Origin: an uncultured Poribacteria bacterium
GTDB lineage: Bacteria; Poribacteria; WGA-4E; WGA-3G
Assembly: GCA_951813565.1 (NCBI GenBank)
Contig: OX638351.1
Location: 3,456,001 to 3,520,000 of the forward strand
Direction of reading: 5' to 3'
Length of the DNA stretch: 64,000 nucleotides
The number at the start of each line of letters is the position of its first letter. The stretch's first letter is position 1. The position numbers and the translations under genes are program-made. Below are positions 38,955 to 48,759 of the stretch, one piece after another. The notes under the pieces are model-generated. The model did no database searches and had not been told where the DNA came from. It saw nothing but the letters and a program-made list of their open reading frames with translations.

Positions 38955-39256
38955 TGTGCCCATAGGGTGATTATTTTGTTCTCGCTATCAAAGAAATCAA
39001 GGATAACACCTTTGCGCTTCCCTGCGTCTTTAGAAGGATCAAATTGTCGAAATGAACGGTCTTTCAGTTCAGATTTAACCCGTTCTTCCTCTTCACTATC
39101 TACTGGTTCTAATGGATTGCCACAAGACATATAAACGAAAGAGATTAAAATGAGAATTGCTGAGAATAAAAAAGCATCGATGTCTTTTATGTTAACTTTC
39201 TGGTATATTTGGTGCAAAATGTTTGGTCTTTGCATCTCTTTTCCTTCTATTTTCAT
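38955..39256 (-). pseudogene. Putative lipoprotein truncated at the MITE
   Basis: Hydrophobic segment ending YMSCGNP. The ORF runs into MITE sequence after ITLWAQ. Confidence 0.6.
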
Positions 39257-39420
39257 TATGTGTATTTTATGAAATGAATTTTAACATTGCAAAAGATGAT
39301 TTGTCAAGAACATGTTGAATTTCTAAATCGCAAACCACTTTATTACATCAGAAAATGTGCTTGATTCATTAGTTTCCCTCTGCTACAATGACAACTAATT
39401 CATTTTCGCGAGAAGGTCTT

Positions 39421-40449
39421 ATGCAAGAAATTGTAGTTGATGCATCAAAGTTGCACGATTTCGCTCGGTCACTATGTGAGAAGGCTGGTTTGTCATCAGA
39501 ACATGCAGCGCAAATGGCTAAGCTTCAGGTACAAACCGATCTGCGCGGGGTGCATTCACACGGAACGCGTGCGCTGCCCGGTTATCTCAACCAAGTCCTT
39601 GATGGGAATTTAAACCCAAAACCAGACCTCCGTATTGTATCAGAGGGACCGAGTTTCGCTGTCGTAGATGGTGACAACGGGATGGGACATCTGGCAAGTA
39701 CACTCGCTATGGAGACAGCGATAGCAAAGGCAAAAATAACCGGTGTTGCTGCGGTAGGTGTGCATAATGCAGGACATTTCGGTGCAGCAGCATGCTATTC
39801 AATTATGGCTGTGGAAAATCGGATGATCGGGTTTTCAACAACGAATACAGGTAGACCCTCTATTGTGGCACCTGGTGGTGCAGAAGCAGTGGTCGGAAAC
39901 AGCGCTATGAGTTATGCTTTGCCAACTGGCAATGGACATCCGATAGTATTAGATATGGCGTGTGGCGTTTCCTCATGGGGTAAGATTGGAACGTTACGAA
40001 TGTACGGCAAACCGATCCCTGAAGGATGGCTTTTGGACGATTCAGGGCAACCGAGTAGCGACCCAAATCAAGGAGGTTTAATGGCACCCGCTGCAGGACC
40101 GAGAGGCTACGGATTGGCACTCATTATGGGAATTTTGGCTGGTCCTCTGACTGGTGGTATGATGCCTTGCAATAAGAATAGCACATCATCTGAGCATTTC
40201 TTCATTGCAATAAACATTGAAAGTTTCACAGATTATGATGCCTATATCTCTGATGTAAAGCAAGGAATCGGCAAGATTCACGGTGCGAAAACGGCAGAAG
40301 GGTTTACGCAAGTCTACCTACCCGGTGAAATTGAGTGGAACAACTACGATAAATGGATAGAGAGCGGCATTCCTATTCACGTAGATCACTTACGAAACCT
40401 TGAAAGCATCGCTGAGAAATTAGATATAAACATATTTTGGGAGTGGTAA
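39421..40449 (+). CDS. Ldh_2-family oxidoreductase (malate/lactate/ureidoglycolate dehydrogenase type)
   Basis: DLRGVHSHG, VDGDNGMG, HFGAA, LDMA, YLPGE motifs. Confidence 0.92.
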   Translation: MQEIVVDASKLHDFARSLCEKAGLSSEHAAQMAKLQVQTDLRGVHSHGTRALPGYLNQVLDGNLNPKPDLRIVSEGPSFAVVDGDNGMGHLASTLAMETAIAKAKITGVAAVGVHNAGHFGAAACYSIMAVENRMIGFSTTNTGRPSIVAPGGAEAVVGNSAMSYALPTGNGHPIVLDMACGVSSWGKIGTLRMYGKPIPEGWLLDDSGQPSSDPNQGGLMAPAAGPRGYGLALIMGILAGPLTGGMMPCNKNSTSSEHFFIAINIESFTDYDAYISDVKQGIGKIHGAKTAEGFTQVYLPGEIEWNNYDKWIESGIPIHVDHLRNLESIAEKLDINIFWEW

Positions 40450-40452
40450 TAT

Positions 40453-42000
40453 ATGGCAGAAGCGAATGAACGTGTTGACGGCGGTACACTTCCCGATTGG
40501 GAAGTTGCAGAACTACCAGCACCGCCACGTTATAAACTTAGTCTTGCGTTTGCAGGTATACTCGGACCTGGAATTATTGCCTTAGGCGCTTCCATAGGCA
40601 GTGGCGAATGGTTGTTAGGTCCTGCAATTACAGCACAATATGGAGGTACGCTGCTCTGGATTGCGACTATTGCAATCGTACTTCAGTCAATTCTAAACAC
40701 AGAAGCGATCCGTTATACGCTTTATACCGGTGAACCAATGTTGAGTGGTTACATGCGGTGTAAGCCAGGACCACGGTTCTGGGCAATTTTCTATTCTGGT
40801 GTTGATTTTTTCGGAATTTGGCCCGGATGGGCAATGACTGCTGCAACCGCATTGGCTGCGGCATGGCTGGGTTATATGCCCCAGGACGCTGATCAAAACA
40901 CTGTCCGAGTCTTCGCATACCTAATATTTTTTGGTTGTTTAGGAATAGTAATGTTCGGCGGTAAGATTTACAACGCGCTTGAAAAAGTCCTACTTTTTAT
41001 GGTTGTATGGATTATCGGATATTTGGTTATTGTTGACCTATTTCTTGTTCCGCCCAGAGTATGGTGGACCGTTATAAAAGGTTTCTTTAGTTTTGGTGCG
41101 TTACCTCCTGAGGTAAAAAGCGGTGGGTTTGACTGGTTGTTGCTCGGTGCGTTCGCAGCCTACGCTGGAAGTGGTGGCTTGGGAAACATCACAATATCCA
41201 ATTACGTCCGCGATAAAGGATGGGGGATGAGTAGTTTGGTAGGTGCGATTCCATCAATCATAGGTGGACAAAATGTTAAACTATCACATTTGGGAAAAGT
41301 TTTTCGTATCACACCTGAAAGTCTTGAACGGTTCCGGGAATGGTGGAAATATGTCCGCTTTGAACAGTATTATATCTGGCTTATAGGTTGTTTTATCGGT
41401 TTAGCATTACCCGCCATGCTCACAATAGAATATGTCCCTTCAGGTCAGGAAATCGATCAATGGTCAGCGGCAGCATTTCAAGCGGATGGACTCGCATCAA
41501 AAGGTGGTGAAGTTATAGAGTCAACATTTAGAGCTCCCGGAATTGCCAAAATTGGTGGTAGAGTCATGTGGTACCTGACACTGCTGTGTGGATTTTGGGT
41601 GCTGTTTTCAACGCAACTTGGCGGTGTTGATGGGGTTCCGCGCCGTTATACTGATATAATTTGGACAGGTTTTAGAAGCGCACGAAAAATGGGGGAACAT
41701 AACGCTAAGTGGATCTACTATCCAATTCTGGTTGTCTATATTCTGTGGGGCGTCATCGCTATGTATCTGGCGAAACCCTTTTTTATGATTATAGTATCTG
41801 CAACCGTGGGCGGTTATCAACTCGTGATTTGTTCACTCCATACATTATATGTTAACCGAAAATTATTACCGAAAGAGATACAACCACCGATATGGAAACA
41901 GATAGGATTAGTATTGTGCGCGGGATTCTATTCAATTTTCGGAACAATCACAGTTATTCAAAAGATAATTGTTCCTTATATTCTGCCGATTTTTCAGTAA
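40453..42000 (+). CDS. Nramp-like (APC fold) transporter
   Basis: GPGII...IGSGE motif, RYTLYTGE, many TM helices. Confidence 0.8.
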   Translation: MAEANERVDGGTLPDWEVAELPAPPRYKLSLAFAGILGPGIIALGASIGSGEWLLGPAITAQYGGTLLWIATIAIVLQSILNTEAIRYTLYTGEPMLSGYMRCKPGPRFWAIFYSGVDFFGIWPGWAMTAATALAAAWLGYMPQDADQNTVRVFAYLIFFGCLGIVMFGGKIYNALEKVLLFMVVWIIGYLVIVDLFLVPPRVWWTVIKGFFSFGALPPEVKSGGFDWLLLGAFAAYAGSGGLGNITISNYVRDKGWGMSSLVGAIPSIIGGQNVKLSHLGKVFRITPESLERFREWWKYVRFEQYYIWLIGCFIGLALPAMLTIEYVPSGQEIDQWSAAAFQADGLASKGGEVIESTFRAPGIAKIGGRVMWYLTLLCGFWVLFSTQLGGVDGVPRRYTDIIWTGFRSARKMGEHNAKWIYYPILVVYILWGVIAMYLAKPFFMIIVSATVGGYQLVICSLHTLYVNRKLLPKEIQPPIWKQIGLVLCAGFYSIFGTITVIQKIIVPYILPIFQ

Positions 42001-42081
42001 TGACAATTTGTTGAAAAATAGTTTTACCCATATAAGAGCACGAATTACGTTACCAATCACTATTGCAAAGGGAAACATGTT

Positions 42082-43896
42082 ATGAATAACAAGCGTAACC
42101 TTTTATATTTGGTGATGGTATGTCTTCTCTCAATTCTCATTGCTTGTGAACCGCAGCGCGATGTGCTTGAGGGAATGGCACTTATTCCCGCAGGTGAATT
42201 CCGAATGGGAAGCATTGGTGCGGAAGCAGATGGAGACGAGCAGCCCTTGCACCGCGTGTATGTAGATGCGTTTTACATTGACAAATACGAGATAACGGTA
42301 GGCGAATATAAGCAATTCATTAAGAAAACTGGGCATGATGCACCTGATTGGGATGCGATTGCAAAATATTCGCCTACTGATGAACATCCCATAGCTAACG
42401 TGACATGGTACGATGCAGTGGCTTACGCAGAATGGGCAGGTAAACGGCTACCAACTGAGGCAGAATGGGAAAAGGCAGCACGTGGAGGCTTGGTCGGTAA
42501 AAAGTATTCGTGGGGCGATACTACTCCTAATGGAACTCAAGCTAATTTGAATGGGACGGAAGATGGCTATGAATTCACAGCTCCTGTCGGTAGTTTTCCA
42601 GCAAATGGCTACGGTTTGCATGATATGGCAGGGAATGTACAAGAATGGTGCCTTGATGCATATCAGGTCACTTTCTACGAGAATTCTCCAAAAGACAACC
42701 CAATCGCGGGCGAAGTTTATATGACTGACGGAACACTTTCCGCGAATATCATGATTTCACGTGTCTTGCGAGGTGGTTCTTACCTCAATATGTCCAATAA
42801 AAGCGGACGGGTTGCTGGGCGGTCAGGCAGTGAATTTGCCGCTATCGGAACAAATCTCACAGGGTTCCGCTGTGTGAAACCGATAAATCTGGACGAAGAA
42901 AAAGTTGAACCTGATACAGTCAAGTTTGTTTCTGTGAATCCACCAAGCGGAATCACAATACAGTCGGACGCAATACTCTCCATTACATTTGATGGTCCAC
43001 CGGGTGAAATCAAAGCAAACCGTGGTCGTATTACATCTTCTGCGAATAATACTGTTACGATTACTGGCCCCTTCAGATCAAAGGATCTCATATTAAAAAT
43101 AGATTGGATGACAGGGACACATACATTAACTTATACTGTCAAAAAACCTGAAGGAGCAATTGCGGAACTCCAACCAGAAGACATGGTTCTAATTCCTGCA
43201 GGTGAATTTCAAATGGGAAGCAAAGATGCTGAAGCAGATAATAGCGAGCAACCGATGCACCCCGTCTATGTTGATGCGTTTTACATCGATAAACACGAGG
43301 TGACTATTGGACAGTATCGCCGGTTTATTCGCGAAACGGGGCATCATCCACTTGATTGGGATAATGTTTTCACATATTCACCTACCGATGATCACCCTGT
43401 TGTCGGTGTAAGTTGGCACGATGCCATGGCTTATGCGGCGTGGATAGGCAAGCGGTTGCCGACTGAAGCGGAATGGGAAAAGGCAACGCGCGGCGGAAAT
43501 TTAATCAGTAAGAAGTACGTCTGGGGAAACACAGCTCCGGATGCTGAAAAATGTAATTTTGGTGGTTCAGCAGACGGTTATGAATACGCTGCACCTGTCG
43601 GTAGTTTTCCAGCAAATGGATACGGTTTGCACGATATGGCTGGAAATGTGTGGGAGTGGTGCCTTGATGAATTTCAGAGTAACGCATATTCGAATCCACC
43701 ACGTAAAAATCCAGTTGTTGGTGAAAGTATAACATATCTGATAAGTAATTCTATGGACATTAAAACGGAGCGGGTGTTGCGTGGTGGTTCTTGGTTTAGT
43801 ACTTCACATGACGTGCAAGTCGCTACGCGTTTCAAAGGTTCTCCATCTTTTCGCGGCAGCTTTGTCGGGTTCCGTTGTGTGAAAGATGTTGAATAG
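42082..43896 (+). CDS. Lipoprotein with two FGE/SUMF1-fold domains
   Basis: Lipobox LIAC. Two copies of RLPTEAEWEKA, NGYGLHDMAGNV and RGGS...GFRC, separated by an Ig-like linker. Confidence 0.92.
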   Translation: MNNKRNLLYLVMVCLLSILIACEPQRDVLEGMALIPAGEFRMGSIGAEADGDEQPLHRVYVDAFYIDKYEITVGEYKQFIKKTGHDAPDWDAIAKYSPTDEHPIANVTWYDAVAYAEWAGKRLPTEAEWEKAARGGLVGKKYSWGDTTPNGTQANLNGTEDGYEFTAPVGSFPANGYGLHDMAGNVQEWCLDAYQVTFYENSPKDNPIAGEVYMTDGTLSANIMISRVLRGGSYLNMSNKSGRVAGRSGSEFAAIGTNLTGFRCVKPINLDEEKVEPDTVKFVSVNPPSGITIQSDAILSITFDGPPGEIKANRGRITSSANNTVTITGPFRSKDLILKIDWMTGTHTLTYTVKKPEGAIAELQPEDMVLIPAGEFQMGSKDAEADNSEQPMHPVYVDAFYIDKHEVTIGQYRRFIRETGHHPLDWDNVFTYSPTDDHPVVGVSWHDAMAYAAWIGKRLPTEAEWEKATRGGNLISKKYVWGNTAPDAEKCNFGGSADGYEYAAPVGSFPANGYGLHDMAGNVWEWCLDEFQSNAYSNPPRKNPVVGESITYLISNSMDIKTERVLRGGSWFSTSHDVQVATRFKGSPSFRGSFVGFRCVKDVE

Positions 43897-46267
43897 TAGC
43901 ATGGATGTCTATATAATGAGAATACGCACAATCCTTTTTTTCGCATCAATATTTATCTTCGTCTCAACACTGGGGCCACAAACCGGATTCGCCCAAGACT
44001 ACACGCAATGGAAGTTACCTGAAGATGCTATAGCACGTCTCGGCAAAGGCAAATTGCAGGACATTCAATATTCGCCGGATGGCAGTCGCCTTGCGGTAGC
44101 GAGTTCTATCGGCATTTGGATTTATGACGCGGAGACAGGTAAAGAACTGGACCTAATCACTGGACAACGAGATGAAGTTCTGTGTGTGGCATACAGTCCT
44201 GATGGACAGATAATTGCTGGTGGTAGCTTAGGAGAGGTTCGCTTGTGGGATGCCAACACGGGACAACTCAAAAGAGTATTCCAAGAACCTTTGAGCACTG
44301 TTTCAAGCGTTGTGTTCAGTCCTGATGGGCGGATAATCGCTTGTGGTAGTGCCAATGGAAGCATTGCTGGTTTAGTATATTTATGGGATTCCGCTTCGGG
44401 AAAACTAAAAAAAGTTCTTACAGAACATACAGTGGAAGTTACAAGTCTCGCGTTCAGCCCTGATGGCAAAATCCTTGCAAGTGGTGCTGGAGGATTTCAT
44501 GAAGATGCTACGATCTGTTTATGGGATGTTGCCACAACAAAACTGGAGAAAACACTTGAAGGACATCCACCAAGTGGCATCACCAGTCTATCCTTTAGTC
44601 CAAATGGAAAAACATTAGCAAGTACAGGAGGATTCACCGGTTCACCATATCCTGAAGTCCGTCTTTGGGATGTTGGCACTGGCAAACTCAAAAAAACACT
44701 CGTAGGACATAAGCGCCGCAATGCCAATTGCGTAGCATTCAGTCCAGACGGAAAAATACTTGTTAGTGCAGTTGGATATTCAAATCGTGCTAGCACTAGC
44801 AATCGTTCTGGGGATTCTACTTTACACTTGTGGGATGTTGCAACAGGTCACCACAAACAAACACTCACTGGACATACCAGCAGTGTTGAAAGTGTAGTTT
44901 TCAGCCGAGATGGCAAAACGATCACATCTGGCAGTGCTGATGGAACGGTACGCCTATGGAATGTATCCACGGGAAATCTCAAAAAAATACTCATGTCAGG
45001 ACATACAGAAAGTATCACGAGTCTATCTTTTAGTCCAGATGAAAAAACACTTGTTAGCTCTCGGGAAGACCATTTTGTGAGCTTATGGGACCCGCTTACC
45101 CATACACTAAAACACACACTCACAGGACACCATCTCAATGTTAAATGTGTGGGTTTCAGTCCAGACGGTTCAACAATTGTGAGTGGGGATGAATCTAACA
45201 AGATTTACCTTTGGAATGCAATAACAGGAAATCTGAAAAAGATACTTACAGTTGGCGAATACGGTTATATCAATTGTGTATTGTTTAGTTCCGATGGCAA
45301 CACAATTGCAAGTGGAAGTAGAGATGACTGTATACTATGGGATACTGCTACAGGACAACTTAACAATGTGTTGAAAGGGCATACACGTACTGTGATGAGT
45401 GTATCGTTTAGTCCTGATAACCTTATGCTTGCAAGCGGCGGTAATGATGGTTCTGTACGTATATGGGACGTTACAACGGGTGAACTCAAAAAAACGCTTT
45501 TAGGAAATATTGGGTATTGGACAAGAAGTGTTTCTTTCAGTCCGGATGGAAAAACTCTCGCTGCCAGCTATGGAGGTGTGGTGTATTTATGGCATCCATC
45601 TACCTGGCAACTCAAAAAAACACTTACAGGACATGCAAGAATTGATAGAGGCATGTCTTTTAGTCCTGATGGTAAAACCCTCGCGGTTGGTGATGTGCAC
45701 GGTGCGATTCGTTTGTGGAACGCCTCTACAGGAAGACACAAAAAGACACTTTTGGCAGGAGACCCACACTATATTACAAGTTTATCTTTCTCTCCAAATG
45801 GTAAAATCCTTGCGAGCGGTAGTTGGGACGGGACAGTATTGTTGTGGAAACTCCCGCCGCCTACCAATGCAGAAGCAACGGTACGTATCGCCCCAGATGT
45901 CGTTCATTCACCTGATATTGGAAAACAGTTCACATTAACACTTGATATTGTTGATGGAGTTTCTGTGTCAGGTTTTCGTGCCACCGTTACGTATGATGAC
46001 ACTGCCCTCCGCTACATTAAGAGTGACATCGGCGACTATCTGTCTACTGGTTCAATTGCAGCCAAACCAGTTGTAACAGCAAATACTGTGAAGTTATCAG
46101 CAAAGTCCAGTGTGGGTAGTAGTAAGGGAAATGGCACGCTTGCAACGCTTACTTTTGAAGTGATTGTAGTCAAAGCTTCAAACTTACGGTTATCCAATGT
46201 CAGTCTGGTAGATACGGATGGGTTTCTATTAAGTCCGAGAATTAAAGGTGCTCAAGTAGGAAGATAA
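43886..46267 (+). CDS. Secreted WD40 repeat protein with C-terminal cohesin domain (likely start ~43917)
   Basis: WKLPEDAIARLGKG motif, WD40 repeats, YDDTALRY...GNGTLATLTFEV. Confidence 0.9.
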   Translation: MLNSSMDVYIMRIRTILFFASIFIFVSTLGPQTGFAQDYTQWKLPEDAIARLGKGKLQDIQYSPDGSRLAVASSIGIWIYDAETGKELDLITGQRDEVLCVAYSPDGQIIAGGSLGEVRLWDANTGQLKRVFQEPLSTVSSVVFSPDGRIIACGSANGSIAGLVYLWDSASGKLKKVLTEHTVEVTSLAFSPDGKILASGAGGFHEDATICLWDVATTKLEKTLEGHPPSGITSLSFSPNGKTLASTGGFTGSPYPEVRLWDVGTGKLKKTLVGHKRRNANCVAFSPDGKILVSAVGYSNRASTSNRSGDSTLHLWDVATGHHKQTLTGHTSSVESVVFSRDGKTITSGSADGTVRLWNVSTGNLKKILMSGHTESITSLSFSPDEKTLVSSREDHFVSLWDPLTHTLKHTLTGHHLNVKCVGFSPDGSTIVSGDESNKIYLWNAITGNLKKILTVGEYGYINCVLFSSDGNTIASGSRDDCILWDTATGQLNNVLKGHTRTVMSVSFSPDNLMLASGGNDGSVRIWDVTTGELKKTLLGNIGYWTRSVSFSPDGKTLAASYGGVVYLWHPSTWQLKKTLTGHARIDRGMSFSPDGKTLAVGDVHGAIRLWNASTGRHKKTLLAGDPHYITSLSFSPNGKILASGSWDGTVLLWKLPPPTNAEATVRIAPDVVHSPDIGKQFTLTLDIVDGVSVSGFRATVTYDDTALRYIKSDIGDYLSTGSIAAKPVVTANTVKLSAKSSVGSSKGNGTLATLTFEVIVVKASNLRLSNVSLVDTDGFLLSPRIKGAQVGR

Positions 46268-46300
46268 ACTTTCTTTGGACAAGACAGATATTACCTATTC

Positions 46301-47824
46301 CTATTCCGATAGATTTGAATATTCTGCAATAATTGCTTCTGTTAGGCTCTCTATGGTTGCCTCCTTCGCTACCACATCAACGCGCGCACCGTGTTCCGTC
46401 GCAGTTGCTGCTGTTGTTGGACCGATCACTGCCACACGAACATTTGCCAACAAATCCTTAGCTGTGTGCGATGGAAACATCTCAAGAAAGTTGGTAACGG
46501 TTGAAGAACTTGTAAACGTAACAAAGTCAATTCTACCTTCTAAAAGGTCTTTTTTAATAGTATCTCGGTTTTCACTTGCTACTTTGACGGTATCGTAAAG
46601 TGGAACATCGTCAACGTGTGCAGCTCTCTCGCGCAAGATGTCAGGAAGGTCCGTGGTGGCGATTTTCGCACGCGGTAGCAGGATTTTCTTTCCTTGCACG
46701 ACTTCTATCTCTGTTGCGACAACTCGTCCGCTGGCATGTGATGGCACGAAATCGGGATAAATACCGATGCTGTTTAGTGCTTCTACCGTTTTCGGTCCAA
46801 CTGCACAGATGCTGCACCCACCGAAAACTCTCGTATCCTTCCCTTTTTCTCGTAAGTGCGCATAGTATATCTCAACAGCATTGACACTTGTAAAAATAAT
46901 CCAATCATATTTCTCTGGCGTGGGAATGTCCGCACTATCAATTTCAAGTGGACGAATCTCTATGGTGGGAAATTGAATGACTTCTGCGCCGTTTGCTTCC
47001 AGAAAGTCAGCAAATTCGCTTGTCTGTGAGCGGGCACGTGTAACAAGTATACGTTTTCCGAAAAGAGGTTTCGTGTCAAACCATCGGAGTTGTTCCCGCA
47101 GTCGGTTCACCTCTCCTACAACGATAATCGCAGGACTTTTCAGTTGGGCTGCTTCTACTTTTTCTACAATATCTGCAAGCGTGCCTTGGGCAACAAATTG
47201 TTGGGGAGTCGTTCCGACACGTACCAAACTCACAGGAGTGTGCTGATCTCTGCCGTGCAGTATCAATCGTTCCACAATCTGTGGGAGATGTGCTACTCCC
47301 ATGTAGACCACAAGTGTATCTACCGCAGTAGCAAGTTGTTCCCAATTAATATTTGAATCGGGATGCAATGCAGCGGAATGACCTGTCACAAAAGCAACCG
47401 ATGAGGCATAATCACGATGCGTAACCGGAATTCCGGCGTAGGCAGAAGCAGCAATAGCAGAGGTAACACCGGGGACAACTTCAAACGGAATTCCTGCTTC
47501 AACAAGTGCCATCGCTTCCTCGCCTCCTCGCCCGAAGATATAAGGATCACCGCCTTTAAGACGCACAACAATTTTACCGGCTATAGCATGCTGGACAAGC
47601 AATTGATTAAGTTCGGTTTGACGGTTAGTACGTATTCTCGGATCGGGCGCTCGGATTTTTTCGGTATGTGCGGGGCAATGTTCTAACAACCCATCGTTCA
47701 GCAGCAGATCGTAAATGACAACATCGGCTTGCTGAAGGCATTCCACGCCCCTTAGGGTAATAAGTTTTTTATCGCCAGGACCTGCGCCTACGATGTAAAC
47801 AATCCCGTTATGTATTGTTTTCAT
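46301..47824 (-). CDS. cobA-hemD: Uroporphyrinogen-III C-methyltransferase / uroporphyrinogen-III synthase fusion
   Basis: VGAGPGD, RLKGGDPYIFGRGGEE, then ILVTRA, FTSVNAV, FTSSSTV. Confidence 0.95.
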   Translation of the reverse strand: MKTIHNGIVYIVGAGPGDKKLITLRGVECLQQADVVIYDLLLNDGLLEHCPAHTEKIRAPDPRIRTNRQTELNQLLVQHAIAGKIVVRLKGGDPYIFGRGGEEAMALVEAGIPFEVVPGVTSAIAASAYAGIPVTHRDYASSVAFVTGHSAALHPDSNINWEQLATAVDTLVVYMGVAHLPQIVERLILHGRDQHTPVSLVRVGTTPQQFVAQGTLADIVEKVEAAQLKSPAIIVVGEVNRLREQLRWFDTKPLFGKRILVTRARSQTSEFADFLEANGAEVIQFPTIEIRPLEIDSADIPTPEKYDWIIFTSVNAVEIYYAHLREKGKDTRVFGGCSICAVGPKTVEALNSIGIYPDFVPSHASGRVVATEIEVVQGKKILLPRAKIATTDLPDILRERAAHVDDVPLYDTVKVASENRDTIKKDLLEGRIDFVTFTSSSTVTNFLEMFPSHTAKDLLANVRVAVIGPTTAATATEHGARVDVVAKEATIESLTEAIIAEYSNLSE

Positions 47825-47832
47825 AGATAAAT

Positions 47833-48759
47833 TTATCCGACATCTAATTGTGCCTTCAATAGTTCATTTGCGCCACTGTTACGCAATTCTTCGGCAACGA
47901 TTTTTCCTAAGTGCTGGGCATCATCTAACATTCCTGTGGCTCTTTCCACAATACGCACCCATCCTTCAGGATGACACACAGTGCCAATAAGTGAGAGTTC
48001 ACCATCAACATGCTCAGCATAAGCACCTATCGGGAGCTGACATCCGCCACCAAGGCTTTCCAACACAGTTCTTTCAGCTGTAATCTCGGCTACTGTCGTA
48101 AAGTCATTCAGAGGCGCGAGCAGATTTTCAATGTCCCTATCTCCCTCACGCGCTTCAATTGCCAATGCACCCTGTCCAACCGCTGGAACCATCTCCTCTA
48201 TTTCAAAAAATTGTGTTATCACCTCTTCTTTTAGGAGACGTTTAATTCCCGCTGCAGCCAAGATAATTCCATCAAGGTCGGTCTCTTCAAGTTTACGGAT
48301 CCGAGTATCAACGTTGCCTCGGACATCAACGACTTGTAAATCTGGACGTATATGGAGGAGTTGTGCCTTTCGCCGTGGACTCGTGGTGCCAATTTTCGCA
48401 CCGCTGAGCAGATCTTCTAAAGGGAATTCTGTAGACGTAATAAGAACATCACGCGGGTCTTCCCGCTTCGGGATGGCGGCTATGCAAAGTCCTTCGGGTA
48501 ATTCTGTCGGGAGGTCTTTGAGACTATGAACAGCGATGTCAATTTCACCATTTAACAACGCGATTTCTATCTCTTTGGTAAAAACGCCTTTGCCTAATCC
48601 TAACAAAGAGCGATTTTGGATAGTGTCACCGGTGGTTTTAATGATTTTGAGATTAACTTCAACATCAGGGAAATGGTGTGCTAATTGCTGCTTGACGAAG
48701 GATGCTTGCCAAAGGGCGAGTTGGCTGCCACGCGTGCCAATTGTAACCGAGCTGCTCAT
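47833..48759 (-). CDS. hemC: Hydroxymethylbilane synthase
   Basis: GTRGSQLALWQ, VHSLKD, RGNVDTR, LGGGCQLPIG. Confidence 0.97.
   Translation of the reverse strand: MSSSVTIGTRGSQLALWQASFVKQQLAHHFPDVEVNLKIIKTTGDTIQNRSLLGLGKGVFTKEIEIALLNGEIDIAVHSLKDLPTELPEGLCIAAIPKREDPRDVLITSTEFPLEDLLSGAKIGTTSPRRKAQLLHIRPDLQVVDVRGNVDTRIRKLEETDLDGIILAAAGIKRLLKEEVITQFFEIEEMVPAVGQGALAIEAREGDRDIENLLAPLNDFTTVAEITAERTVLESLGGGCQLPIGAYAEHVDGELSLIGTVCHPEGWVRIVERATGMLDDAQHLGKIVAEELRNSGANELLKAQLDVG

Noticed and set aside
42082..43896. Complete DGR or a true formylglycine-generating enzyme
   Set aside because: No reverse transcriptase or template repeat is visible, and the catalytic cysteines are absent.
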